64,000 nucleotides of DNA from Raja brachyura. Taxonomy: Eukaryota. Of the stretch, positions 13,196-26,238 are shown piece after piece. A program made the position numbers and the translations under genes. The first letter of the stretch is position 1. Each line of letters starts with the position of its first letter. Location of the stretch: assembly GCA_963514005.1 (NCBI GenBank), contig OY740814.1:6758001-6822000 (forward strand). Reading direction: 5' to 3'. Under the pieces are notes generated by a model. It was not told the DNA's origin and did no database searches. It saw only the letters and a list, made by a program, of their open reading frames with translations.

Positions 13196-14007
13196 AACAG
13201 AATAAAGATCCAAGGTAGATTTCTATGCCGATACAGTGTGAGAATAGTAGTGACCATTTAAAATAAGAAACCCATTATTTGTACACAATCAGCAGTCGGC
13301 ACTTCCTCTGCAAATCACTTCAACTATCAGATGTGGAAATGAGGGTCAGTATATTGATCAGGAGGATTCTACTCCATGCAAGCTGCAGAAAAAAAATGGA
13401 CAGTTCAGAAGGCCATAAACTGACTCTGTGCCCGAGAGTCATGAGAGTGATAGAGTGACTTATACCAGGATTCATGGCACCTGCTATTGTGATGAGGTTT
13501 GGACTGCATCTCCTTTTCTTGTGCTTGCTGCTCAAAGATGACCCTCACATAGTTGAAGATCTTGTGTACACCTGCCTCTGAACTTTGCTTTTTGCCCATT
13601 TGTCCGACAACATTGTGAACCGGTGGATAGATATGAGAGAGGCAGACAACCATTGGAGATTTGTACTTGAATTAAACCATTTTCAATAAAAGGAAAACTG
13701 TTTTCTTTGAGTGGATAAAATTGTTATCCAGATTGTGGTTAGATCTACGATAGTAACTGCAGCACATTTTACCATTTAATAAAGAAATCTGTTGCAATCA
13801 CAAGGCTTGTAATTGGTTGAGAAATTTTGCTTGAGAAAATACCCATGCCACTTTTCATTAGTTTCCGAAATATTCCTTTCAGAATGCTTGAAATTTCAAA
13901 ACTTAATTTTGGCAAATTCACAAATTGTTTATTCTGTAGTTAAATATTTTGACCTTTTATCTGTTTCTTGATGGGGTTGTAAATCATCGTGTACATCTGG
14001 CATATTG

Positions 14008-14381
14008 CCTACAAAATTCTTAAGGGGTTGGACAAGCTAGATGCTGGAAGATTGTTCCTGATGTTGGGGGAGTCCAGAACAAGGGGTCACAGTCTAAGGA
14101 TAAGGGGGAATTCCTTTAGGACCGAAATGAGGAAAACATTCTTTACACAGAGAGTGGTGAGTCTCTGGAATTCTCTGCCACAGAAGGTAGTTGAGGCCAG
14201 TTCATTGGCTATATTTAAGAGGGCGTTAGATGTGGCACTTGTGGCTAAAGGGATCAGGGGGTATGGAGAGAAGGCAGGTACGGGATACTGAGTTGGATGA
14301 TCAGCCATGATCACATTGAATGGCGGTGCAGGCTCGAAGGGCCGAATGGCCTACTCCTGCACCTGTTTTCTATGTTTCTAT
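14008..14381 (+). mobile_element. Young CR1-type LINE 3' fragment
   Basis: YKILKGLDKLDAGRLFLMLGESRTRGHSLRIRG...WNSLPQKVVEA; tail ttctatgtttctat. Confidence 0.92.
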
Positions 14382-15957
14382 ACCTTTCTGGAAATTGTAT
14401 TTCAAGAAGGTTGTTTTGACCTGAATGGCAATATTCTGTACTTAATTACGTTTTTACTGTGGAAATTGCAACGATAATTATGTACATCTGCTGGTGCTTC
14501 ATGTAAATTACTTATCTAATTTTCTGCCCTTTTACACTATAAAATGTTTCCTTGCTTAAAGCATATATATCTTTAATTAAAGTGAATGATATCTAACAAA
14601 CTGCAGCATTTTATTGCTTTTTTTTGCACTAAAGTTTTCAATTTTATTGCCCACTGGTTTTCTTTAGGTATCTGCTGTTGTAAATATTAACTTCTGATGC
14701 TGTGAATTACTTTATTTGATAGCTAGATTTATGTTTAGCTTGCATTTAAATTATAGTCTGACATACGTACAAATTTTCTGTATGACACACAGTTTGCTAA
14801 ACCTATACAATATACATTTCTGCACTCCAACTTTGCTCACCTAATCTATTAAGTACAAGTTGAGAATACTTTAGAGGCATTCAAAACTAAGCTAAATTAC
14901 GTATGGCTTAACAACTGGTCTTGAGCTACTGTTGCAATTCTAGCCTTAAGTGGAAATATTATCCAAATTAAATGCAGAAAAGCATGGATACTTAAGAATA
15001 TATTGAATATGTGGAAATAATCCCCAAATAGAGAAAAAGATTAGCTTGATCTGCAAAAAAAGATAGAATTTCAACATATTTTATGTATTCAATTTCTTGT
15101 ATAGGTCGTAAATTCCACAAAAGCAAAGGGCAGTGTAATTTTAGACCAGTAATTTGGAGAATGAGACAATTACAATAACTTCAGAATCTGCTCAGTTTTA
15201 CTTGAAATACATTTAATAGTGTTGATTTAAAAGTAATGTGGAGGTAATTAAATGGTATCAAATCGCAGCAATCATAAAGCAAGCAGTTATTGAGGTATTT
15301 CCAATGGATTGGATTGTAATTGTTGTCAGAAACCTGATTTGAAAATTCTTGAATATGGCATGGAAAGACTCATTATATGAGCAGAGATGTTAAACTCGTA
15401 GAAAATGAGCTGCAGGTGCAATCTCCTGTTTCTCAAATGCCTTGCGCAAGTATGGTTTAAAGTTTAAGGTTTAAAGGAGATTTATGAGGCAAATTCTTTG
15501 CTATGTGGTGAATGTCTGGAGCATATTGCCAGGGGATGGTTAAGAGATATTTAGACAGACATATGAACGGGTAGGAAATGGAGAGAAATGGACCATGTGC
15601 GGGTAGATAGGATTAGTTTTGATCGGCGACATGGTTGCCACTAATATTGTGGGTAAAGGGCATGTTTCTGTGCTTGAGGCCAAAGGGACTATTCGTGTAT
15701 TTTTCTATTTTAGTATTCAGGCAGAGCCGGCACTTCACAAGTTGAATCTGGAAAAACATAGTAAGACATCTTTAAACGATTCATTAGAGAGAAATTGCAT
15801 TTAACTTCTAACTGCAAAGCACCACTTGAGGAAACCACAAACATGACAATAGAAAGATATATTCATTATTTTTAATCTAATGGAATAATAAGAATGCCGA
15901 AGTGAAATAAAATATGCAGTGGTTTAATTTATCAGCATTTGTATCAATATTATGATG

Positions 15958-16170
15958 GAGACGCAAGGAACTGCAGATGCCGGTTTCCATAAAAAGACAG
16001 TGCTGGAGTCGTTCAGCATGCCAGGCAGCTTCTGTAGAAGACATGAATGAGTGATGTTTCGGGTTTGGACCCTTCTTTAGACTAATTGTTGTAAGGGGGG
16101 GGGGGGGGGAGCTAGAAAAGAGGGGGTGGGGGAGGAGAGACATGACAAAACCTGCCTTGTGATATGATGG
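15958..16170 (-). mobile_element. Penelope-like terminal repeat with purine-rich 3' UTR remnant
   Basis: gagacgcaaggaactgcagatgccgg...gatgtttcgggtttggacccttctttagact followed by a G-rich tract. Confidence 0.7.
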
Positions 16171-17079
16171 ATGTTGTTTCAATGATACTGTATATTTCTG
16201 CTTTTTAAAGGTAAATTTGGCCAACAAGCATCTGAACCTATCCAATTTGCAGTTCTCTTTCATGTGTCACCATTATAGTACTTGGGCTTTGGCATATTTT
16301 GTGGTTAAAGAAATAGTAAAAGTGATATGAGAAAATATGACTTCCATTTTGCACATGGAAGTAAGACAAATATAAAAGACTGGTGGTGCTGCATGAGGGT
16401 CAAACGTTGGTATTGCTTGATTTGAGATTAATCGGGCCAACAAAATAAATAATAATAATTTCTTGCGATGCTTCTGGAACATTTAAATTCAAGACTGTCT
16501 GTGCTTTCACTAAACGTATACAGTATTTCAACCAAAGGCTAAATAGAAAGATTGGAACTAAAGATGTGCAGTAAAAACAGAAAATGCTGGCTATGTGCAG
16601 AAGATCCAGCAGCATCTGAGTCAAGACAAACATTAAGAGCATGGCATATGTGAGCACTGTCCTTCCCTATTCTGTTAACATCCCTGTGAAGTCTTAATAA
16701 TATAACCTTGCACCCACGATACCCACCCACCCAGAAAATTAGAACATTCTTACATAAATATGTAAATTAAGCCAGGATTTGAGTCTTTTTTTCATGTTTT
16801 CCATTGACAATGAGACAAGTTACCATTTTTTCAAGTACAACTCTGAATAAAATGGGCATGATCAGAATTAGTTCTGTTTGGAGGCCTAATAAATTAACTA
16901 TGCCCACTCACATATTTTGTTAGACTTCCAAGCTGATGTATGGAAGTCCTTAACAGCCAGTTTCAGAAGAAAGGTATTATGTGTGCAACGCTAGAAGGTC
17001 TGCAGTTTTCAACAAGTTACTTTGTCACTTAAGTTCAAAACATTTAAAATTGTTTAAATTAAAACTTTGTCGAGCACCA

Positions 17080-17460
17080 GAGCTCTGTCCACTCTGGAGA
17101 TCTGGATCTCACGTTTTAATTCCCCTTCCCATTCCCACATCGACCTGTTTATTCTCTGACTCCTCCACTGCAGTGTTGAGGCCAAACGCAAACTGGAGTA
17201 TTCCTTCTAAATACTCTACCCCAACAGCATGAACATTGAATTCTTCAAATTCAAGAAACCCATGCCACCTCTGTTTTTGTATCCCCCATCTACCCTGGTT
17301 CTCACACACACTCGCTTTCTCCCACAGCATTCTTCCCCCTCCCCCCCCGCCCCCGATACCTATCACTCTGATTCTCTCCCCTCCCCTTATGTATACCATC
17401 TGCTCATCACTTGTATACTCCTCCCATTGGAATCACCTACCAACCCACTACTCATCCCTT
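17080..17460 (+). mobile_element. Penelope-like element ORF C-terminus (end of GIY-YIG region) plus pyrimidine-rich 3' UTR
   Basis: Degenerate FNSPSHSHIDL...LLHC..EAKRKLE...PNSMNIEFFKFK, resembling the PLE HFN...GLN terminus; the same ending atgaacatcgaattcttcaattttaag recurs at about 50502. Confidence 0.75.
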
Positions 17461-17724
17461 TCCACTCTTGGTCACTGCCTCAGAGGGAGGTGGAGGCCGG
17501 TTCTATGGATGCTTTCAAGTGAGAGTTAGATAGAACTCTTAAAGATAGCGGAGTCAAGGGATATGGGGAGAAGGCATTTCCTTTCTACGTGATTTTTTAA
17601 AAATTTATGTCCCATATCTCTCAACTAAATTAAAAATGTAATGATATTTACTCAACCAGATCTGTTAGTATAAATGAGAAAGCACAAGTAACAGTTTTGA
17701 CAGACGCTGGTGATCCACAGACTT

Positions 17725-17817
17725 TGTGTGTGCATGTGGCTGTGTGTTTGTGTGTGAATGTGTGAGACTGTGTGTGTGTGTGACTGTGTCTTTATGTGTG
17801 TGTGTGTGTGTGTGTGT
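17725..17817 (+). repeat. Imperfect (TG)n microsatellite
   Basis: Read directly. Confidence 0.9.
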
Positions 17818-18939
17818 AGCTCGATGTAGATGAATTGGACTTCAGTCTTCACTGCAAATGCTGAGTTAGCAGATTCTTGATTAGTCTTAGAAATCATGTA
17901 TCGGAGTCTTTTCTGCTTAGTTCATCTAACCACTGCAATTTGAATTCTGAGTTTGGTGTGGTGGAAGAAAAGATAGCATTGTCATACTAAGCCTGAATGT
18001 GGTGATTGCCATGGTAAAACATGAAAAGAAAATGCAGACTCTGACACAGACTTGCTGATGAACAGAATAGTTGTGTAAAGCAGTAATTATCCATGAGTAT
18101 GCTAACGTGCTCCATAGAGGGAGGCCAGATTAAATCCACGAGGTCCTGCTGGAGCTAAATGCCGCTTATATTTCAGCTAAAATTAAATCAGAATCATGTC
18201 ATTTAAAAGACTCTCAGAATCAAACCCCAGAGAATAAATTAAATAATTTATTCTCGTAGGTACAAGCATCTCTGTGCCAATCAGTTATAATGAAACTGAT
18301 ACCACTGCAAATTCACTAGCACAGTTTTAATTATGGATGTGTATATATATCAGGATGACACCATGTGCACACAGTGTACAATGCAGTAACAAATGGGGTT
18401 AACCCCAGTTGTCTTCACACATTGTTTTGTAGCCAGCAAGATGGTGTATCGATTGTCATGAACTCCAACATTGTACTATTAAACATTCTCTTCATAAAGA
18501 AGCTCATGCTGAAGTAAAGTGGATAATGGACTTTGTTTCTGTTCTTAACATGGTAAGCTATGAGTGCCCTTTTATTAAAGAAAATCTTTTTGAAATTTGT
18601 TTTTGTTTTAAAGCTGTGTTATTTGGCATCTCGATTTATGCACTATTTTCTTGGACATGAATGATGTGCTTCATGGAGTCAATTCAAATTATTCTGATTT
18701 GGAAGTAAACAAATTAATTGCTTTGATACACGCTTATTGAATGCGGCATTCTACAATTAAGTTTGATAAACAATTAATGAGTATTTATGGACATACTTAG
18801 AAAATTAGAGTTAAATGTTATGCATTAATTCAAGTTGTTCACATTCAGTCTGCAGTTACAACTTGAACCTTTTTTCACCACTCCCAAGCAAATGAGACTT
18901 GGTCCATCGGAACAGGCAGCATCTCTGGAGAGAGGGAAT

Positions 18940-18975
18940 GGGTTACGTTTCGGATTGAGACCCTTCTTCAGACCC
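18940..18975 (-). ncRNA. Candidate minimal type I hammerhead ribozyme within a Penelope-like repeat (18908-19050)
   Basis: Minus strand GGGU CUGAAGA A GGGU-CUCA-AUCC GAAA CG UA ACCC: full core, 4-bp stem II, 4-bp stem I, loopless palindromic stem III (ACGU). Confidence 0.55.
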
Positions 18976-19984
18976 TTCATCCTTCGATACCCTTACTCCA
19001 GCATTTTGTGTCTGTCTTCGGTTTAAACCAGCATCTGCAGTTCCTTCCTAATTCATTCATTGTGGAAGTCACACAACTTCTTCCAGAACAAGAATTATCT
19101 CTTAATTTTCAATGGCTACTTTTAATTCCACCATCCAACAAAACCAGAATTGTGAACATAACAATGTAGGAACAGGAATAAGTGATTTAGCCCATCTAGC
19201 CTTTTCCCACACGTCAGTGAAATCGTGGTGAATTTAGCTTCACGTACCTGCCTTTGCCCATATTTTTTTCATTTTTTAAAAACTAGTCTATCACAGATTT
19301 TAAATTAACTATTGCCATAGCATTAAATTCAATTTCCAGGTTACATTTTAACTTCAACTGCACTGTGTCTTGAAAGACTGGTTCAAATTTCTAGGCGTCT
19401 CCAGATTTTGAACTTTCAACCAATGGAAATTATTTCTTCCAAACACTCTTGTCTCTCCTTGATATCTTGAAAGCAATCCTATCACATCCTTGTCCACAAT
19501 GCACATAGATCCCTGAGTCTTTCTGGACTAGTGCTTCTAGGTTGTTTTGGAATATATGGTCCTCTAACCTATTTGGGTCCAAAGTAAATGTTAAATTTGT
19601 ATTTTATGGAGTATTTTTTCCAGATTCTCAAGTCATTTGATCTTTTTTTAAATTTGCTTTTCTTTTCTTCACACGGATAATAGTCAGGAGAACAGGCTGA
19701 GCTGGAGATGTATCTGTAATCAGAATTGGTCTAACTGCATGAAAGTTTGGGATGTCTGACCCGGTACTGCAAGATTTTCCTCTATTTAGATGACCAAATT
19801 GTAATGGAACTGCCTAATTGAGTTTGATTGGGAGCCAAGGCTAAGTTCTGAACTACGAGTACCAGAACAGGGCTTCAAAAAGCTAAAGTGACTATGGCAG
19901 CACTCTGTAGCCAGTGTTCTTTATGTCAAGTTGATATTATTTATTCATTGTTATGGAATGTTTTTTTATTATTATGTGCATAAA

Positions 19985-20295
19985 ATATGGGGAGAATAGA
20001 TAGGGTGAATGCTGTGTTTTATCCGGTTAAGGGGAATCGAGAACTCAAGGACATAGGTTTAAAGTGAGAGGAGAAAAAATGTATAGGCACCTGAGAGGTT
20101 CACATGGGTATATAGGACGAGCTGCCAAAATAAGTAGTTGAGGGAGGTACTGCACCATTTAAAAGACTTTTGGACAGGTACGTGGATATGAAAGGTTGAG
20201 AGAGATGTGGGAAGATGGGATGAGTGTGGGTGGGGTATCTTGGTCAGAACTAAGTTGGATTGAAGGGTCTACTTCATGCTGAATAACTGTTTGAC
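19985..20295 (+). mobile_element. CR1-type 3' fragment (older)
   Basis: ggggaatcgagaactcaaggacataggtttaaagtgagagg...catttaaaagacttttggacaggtacgtggata. Confidence 0.7.
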
Positions 20296-22614
20296 TGTAT
20301 GTAGTGAATCGAGCAAAAATATTACTTCTAATCTCATTCTTTTTGGCCTGTTGTGTATTCATGACATAACCATTACCAGGTAGAGAAGCCTTTATTAATG
20401 TTCTTGCATTTTGACGTGAATCTGAAAGGGAGGGAAGCACTACAACTAGGACATCAAGTAACCAATATAGCAAATGTAATTATTTTTCATGTGAAAATAT
20501 GTTACTTATTTGGGAGAAAAAATAGAATTCTAGAACTGTATCTACTGAATGTTAAGGTCACCAGATTATTCTCAAAGCCCATTCCTTTTGAGCTTTTTCC
20601 TTTCCATCATCCTCGAGAACCTTTATGTGACTGAGATTCAGATTCCTCACTTCTCTGTCATGTGCCGTGCACCATCTACTTTAAAATGAACTCGATAAAC
20701 ACTAAGCTGTTATTGCTATAAAGTTTGTAGAGATCTATGATACCATTGTGAACACTGCTGACTACTCAATGCTTTCATTTGGGTGGAGTGCTTGGATACA
20801 CATTTGTTTTGGAGCAAGACATTTGTTGCAGGAAAGTTTACCTGAGGCCATATGGTATCCAGTTCTCTGCCAATAAAAGAGCATTTAAAAGAATTGTGTG
20901 AATGTAACTAATGTGTTCAATGTGGAAATGTAACTGGGTAAATTATTTTGGAATTTAAACTTTGGGCATGTCATTAGAAACTAGCCGGTTAATGTGAAAT
21001 AATGTTAAACACAGCAGTGACATACAGGGCGTGTTGTGTTTGTGGCTAAACATTCCCAGCTGCCTATGTTCACAATGACATCAGCATAAAGGATGGAGCT
21101 AGCTGGCTTATGCTTTGTTTCTAAGAAACCCATCCAGCACTCATCTTGTTTTTCAGTACTCAGCTATTTCCTCCACTCCCAAGATTTTCACTGAGCTAAA
21201 CCAGTAGTTATCGCATGTGTTCTGTATTTTCGTATAGGATAAAATGGATAAAGAGATTTATTTTAATGTTTGCTTTCTTTTGCTGGTTATTGTTTTGTTA
21301 CATTATCTTGAAATCATTCCAAATGTATTTGGACATTAGTTTTTATCCTGTTTTTCTTTCTCTCTGATTTTGAAACTGGAACAAACATTTTAAGTTATGT
21401 TCATATTATGAAATTGTTAGCGGCTTCCACAAGTGCTAACTACTATTCTGAACTTCTTTAAAATGAACCATTTGCAGCATTTCTTTCCCACCCCCTCAAA
21501 AATAGAGTTTGTACTGGTGATTTGTTTCTTGACATATGAAGTGAAATTAGATGCAGTATTACAAAGTTGTATTTGAAGAGAATTATTCTTTCTTACTTTG
21601 AAGTTTGAATTATTATAATATTGTTGATTATTTTCCAATTATAGTTACTGATTCTCGTCATTTGCTGGAGTAAATATAGACCCTCTTTCACCTTGTGCTC
21701 TGCCTTCTATTTTTTTGTGTTCGCAGAATTGCTTAAAGCTATGACTCATTTTATTGATTTATCATGTAGCATATGATGTGTTCATTTGTGTACCTTTGCA
21801 CTAGTGAGTAAAGCAACACATAGCATGGTTATCACCTCATTTGCTCCCATGTCATTTAAAACTCATTATTGCTGCTCAGCTCATTGCTTTTTCACATACC
21901 TTGTTTAAGCAAATCGACCAATACGTTGCACTTGAGTTTAGTGGAATGAAACGTGATCACGTTAAAACGTGCAAATTTATGGGAGAGGATAGATTGTGAA
22001 ATACTGTTTTCCCTTGCTCAGTGTCGGGGTTTCAGTGTCAAAATAGGAGGTTGACAATTCAAGTTGGAAGATGAAGAAACTTCACCCAGAGATTAGCGAA
22101 TCCTCAGAATTCTCTATGCAAGAGGCCCAGTCACTGAATAAACTCAAGCAGATCAATACATCTTCAGCTATTAAGGGATATGAGGTGAGTACAGTCAAGT
22201 GGCTGAGGTAAAGACTCATTATGATATGGAATGGTGGAAGGCAGGAAGAATGAATGGATTCTAACTCCACTCTTATTATGATCAAGATACACAACAAATT
22301 GGATGGCGTATGCTAGAGTAAAAAAAAAACCTTTCAGCCTACCATTTAAACAGAAGATGCGATTATTAAACTTGACTAAATCAGCTTCATAATTAAAGGT
22401 AAAACATTAAATAAATAGTTTATTGTAGAAATCCTTGTTAGTAAACCCCATTGACTACAATTATTATGTTACAGGTTTAAGCACAAGAGCTATATAGGTA
22501 TTAATATTCAATCTACAAAGTTTATGAATTGCTGCTTTGCAATGTACAGTGTGAATTCACAAACTAGACCAATGCTCTCTCGTAAACATTATTGTCTCCG
22601 ACTGATCTGAACTT

Positions 22615-22743
22615 GAAGATAGACACAAAATGCTGGAGTAACTTCAGACTGAAGAAGGGTCTTGACCCGAAACGTCACCCATTCCTTCTCTCCAGAGATG
22701 CTGCCTGTCCCGTTGTACACCATCAGCAGTTCCTTCCGACACA
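22615..22743. mobile_element. Penelope-like repeat with an intact hammerhead core on +
   Basis: CTGAAGA A GGGTC TT GACCC GAAACGTC at 22649-22676; the 5' strand of stem I is lost at an inversion junction. Confidence 0.75.
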
Positions 22744-22876
22744 TGTTCCAAACTTGTGCAGTTTGTGACACAATGCTTCAATAAGCATCAACTATCTTTT
22801 TCACTTGAACTAAATCTACTGTTAGTATTGCACTGATACCAGAAATAACAACAAAAAATTGCCACCTAAATAGTGT

Positions 22877-23097
22877 AGGAAAGAACTGCAGATGCTGGTT
22901 TAAATCGAAGGTAGACACAAAATGCTTGAGTAATTCAGCGGGACAGGCAGCATCTCCGGAGAGAAGGAATGGGTGACCTTTTGGGTTGAGACCCTTCTTC
23001 AGACTGAAGCCTGAAGAATGGTCTCGACCCGAAAAGTCGCCCATTCCTTCTCTCCAGAGATGCTGCCTGGACCGCTGAGTTACTCCAGCATTTTGTG
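22877..23097. mobile_element. Palindromic Penelope-derived mini-element with a 16-bp TSD
   Basis: Inverted arms 22916-23004 and 23009-23097; GCCACCTAAATAGTGT repeated at 22861-22876 and 23098-23113. Confidence 0.88.
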
Positions 23098-24657
23098 GCC
23101 ACCTAAATAGTGTTTATTCTGACTGTATACTTAATAGCTGTAGTATAAATTTATATACAATAATTACATTTGTATTCAATAAACTTTTTCTGATTATTTT
23201 GGTACAAAATGTAAACCTTTGCGCAAAAATTACATACTTTACATAGATCAAATGATTCATGTAAGTTTTCTCAGTTGTGTCTTTGTTACATCTGAATAAA
23301 AAATTCTAAGTTCAAGCTCCTCTATGATTTGAATGCATGTTTTTGATGGCATTTCACTGAAGTGTTCTTTATTATGTTGTATTAAATCTTTCATTTTTTT
23401 CAATGTCTTTCATTTCAGCTGATTTGGGTAGATTGACAGAAACGGAGACTGATCTCTTAATGACCTGCAAAACAATCTTCCACCAAAATATTGGATTAAT
23501 CTCATTCATTATTTGCTATCTTTTTTGCTATCTTTTTTTTAAAAAGCAAACTGTGTCTACAATTATATAGTAATTACTTGAAAATCTTGCATACTATCCT
23601 AACAAAGAATATTAAATAATTGGTAGACACAAAATGCTGTAATCGCCTTCGATTTAAACCAGCATCTGCAGTTCTTCTGTACACGATATGAAATCATTAG
23701 TTTATTTAATTATTTTAAACTGGATTCATCTAAATTTTTTAGAATACTTCAAGATGTAAGATATTTCCCCACTAGTAAATAATATGTAAACTGGAAGAAC
23801 TTTATATTTATTATTTAATAAAACACATTCTGATTCATTTTTGTGAAGAGGACACAGAAAAAGGCATAAGCCTGCACAGCTAAGAGGTGTTATCCTCGCC
23901 AACTGTGTTTTAGTTAAATGATATCAGGATGTTTGGTGTGTTCAGTCTGTTATTATGCAAAAACAAGTTTATTGATTGAAATAAATGGAATCCATCATAA
24001 CCGTTGTTCTTTGGTCAGTCAACATGAAATAAAGCAAATTAACTATTTGAATCAAACCATTAATTTTTGTATGCAAGAATGTCAAATATATTTTGATATT
24101 AGCAAGAAATAATATTGCATTACTCCTCCCCTCCGATATCCATTGTTACTTGTCTTTCTCAATTACCCATCCATAATTTGTCTGCTGGCAACTAAACATG
24201 TAATGCTCTGACCACTCATTTGTAACTTTGCCCTAGAATTGAACTTGATGCCTTTTGTGGGATGTTTTATTTTGTGGAAAACTGAAATAACTTTTGGTCT
24301 TGGTTACAATAGGGCAAGTACAGTTTGGAATCTGAAAAGTAGCACTCGAACCCATCTTCTCATAAGCAAAGATGCTACCACAAGCCATGCCTAATATCCA
24401 TTAGCAGGTGGTTTTGTAAGGAACTGAGGCAAATTACAAAGAGCAATGGGATATCACGATTGTTAGATTCTGCAGATAATAAACAATTGGAAAACCGATT
24501 CAATATATCCATTTACCACCACCCTGTTGGTTGTCCAGAAGCTAATGGGTAGAGGCTGGGATAAATTAATTCTGGGTTTTCAGAAGTGGAAGGCACTTGA
24601 CATAATTGACCAAGTTACTGGGAAATTAAAGCTTTAAAGAAAACTCCATGTTATTAA

Positions 24658-24915
24658 AATGCAAAGTGCTGGAAGAATTCATCAGATCGGGCAGCACCTG
24701 TGGAGACGAGGTACAAGTGATGTTTCGGGTCGGGACCGTTCCTACCCCTCCTCCTGGACCCCTGTTGGCCTTCTAACCTCTCTGGACTTTTTTAAATCTA
24801 GCTTTTGGTGTGAAGTCTGAAGAAAGGTCGTGCCTTGAAATGTCATCTGTCCATTTCCGACACAGATGCTGCCTGACCTGCTGAGTTCTTCCAGCACGTC
24901 ATTTGCTCCAGATTC
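24658..24915. mobile_element. Penelope-like inverted terminal-repeat pair with spacer
   Basis: gcaaagtgctggaagaattcatcag...gatgtttcgggtcgggacc and agtctgaagaaaggtcgtgccttgaaatgtcatc...ctgagttcttccagcac. Confidence 0.7.
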
Positions 24916-26053
24916 TTGAGCATTGTGGTTTGATATTTAAGATTTGGGGGGGGGGGGGGGGGGTAGGGTAATCATCTGTAGAATCCAGTATATCTGTCAT
25001 GTAAATAAAGATTCTGGTAAATGCTGGAGAATTTTCACACGCATATAGAGATAATATAAAATCATGCCATAATTAAATATCACTGTGCCAAGCCAAATTA
25101 TGGTCTGAACTTCAGAAGATGCTATTGACAATGTAATTTGGAGTATCCAAAAGTGATCGCATAACTATTCAGGTAGACTATGCTCATTTTAGTAGTACTA
25201 ATGGAACTAGCTGGACTCCTCATGGAATTATTCCTGAATTACATTTCCTATTGTATTCTTTACAAATTGAACTGGAAATGACACTGTCATACACACAATT
25301 GTTCATATTTTGTACATTTTAATGATTACAATGATGTTCTGAAATATTTACCTTGCTCAATATATCATTGTGGCTGCAGAATAAAATGTTGCTGTGGTTT
25401 TGTTGGCATTGCAGAGTTTACAGTAAAACCCAGAAAGGGCTCCGCAACATGTACATTGACAGCTGCGGTTATAATCGCCGTGAAGTGCTGAATTTTAATT
25501 CCTGCTGCTAATTATTGACTAGGTTTGGTATCAGCTGGTAACAAAGGATCGACTGTTTTTTTCATCATGAATCCTTCTCTATGTATGATGGGATGTGGAC
25601 ATTATTACATTTAACGAGGAAACAAGGGCTTTTATAACTGATCGTGTTCACATCTTTCAATGTCTACTGAAGGTAGACTAACTGCCACCTGAAGTGAAAC
25701 GTAATGAAGGAATACATTCGGAAACTTGTATTTTGTGATTTAAAAGAGCCCCTGGTAATTGTTTGGTTATTTTAATTGTCCCACAAACAGCTGGCATGAA
25801 CACAAATAATCCTTGTCAGTTTCTTGCATATCTTTTGTCTTGTGCCAATTGTTCATGATTACCCATGATTACGGGTGGAGGGTTTTTGCTTACTGAGCTT
25901 TGTGAACTTGTGGAACTGCCATCTACAACATGTAGCGTTGTTAAGTATTTTGAGTAGCTTCTTGTAACAATTCGTATGCATTGATACTGAAAGCTAATAA
26001 AAATAATTGATAGATATCCTGTGCATTAAGTAGACTCTGTTTGTTCTTTACAG

Positions 26054-26238
26054 ATACTATAGATGAGTACTTTGAATATGACGCAGAGGAGTTTTTGTTT
26101 TCTCTGACCTTGCTAATCACAGAGGGTCGGACACCAGAATGCTCTGTGAAAGGTCGTACAGAAGGGTTTCACTGCCCTCCAGCACAGCTTGGACAGTCCT
26201 TAAGTACAAAGCACGAATGCACTGAAAAAGTGCCGCAG
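26054..26238 (+). CDS. ATOSA: ATOSA coding exon A (enters in phase 1)
   Basis: tttacag|AT ACT ATA GAT ... CCG CAG|gtaata; (D)TIDEYFEYDAEEFLFSLTLLITEGRTPECSVKGRTEGFHCPPAQ...EKVPQ. Confidence 0.95.

Noticed and set aside
13300-13660. Minus-strand ORFs as a gene fragment
   Set aside because: Short and without splice support; possibly an old LINE 3' remnant but too decayed to call.
398-24963. Long G/C homopolymers (about 398, 11790, 16096, 24946; also 50579) as functional elements
   Set aside because: Simple homopolymers, often within repeat UTRs; lengths are unreliable and no function can be supported.
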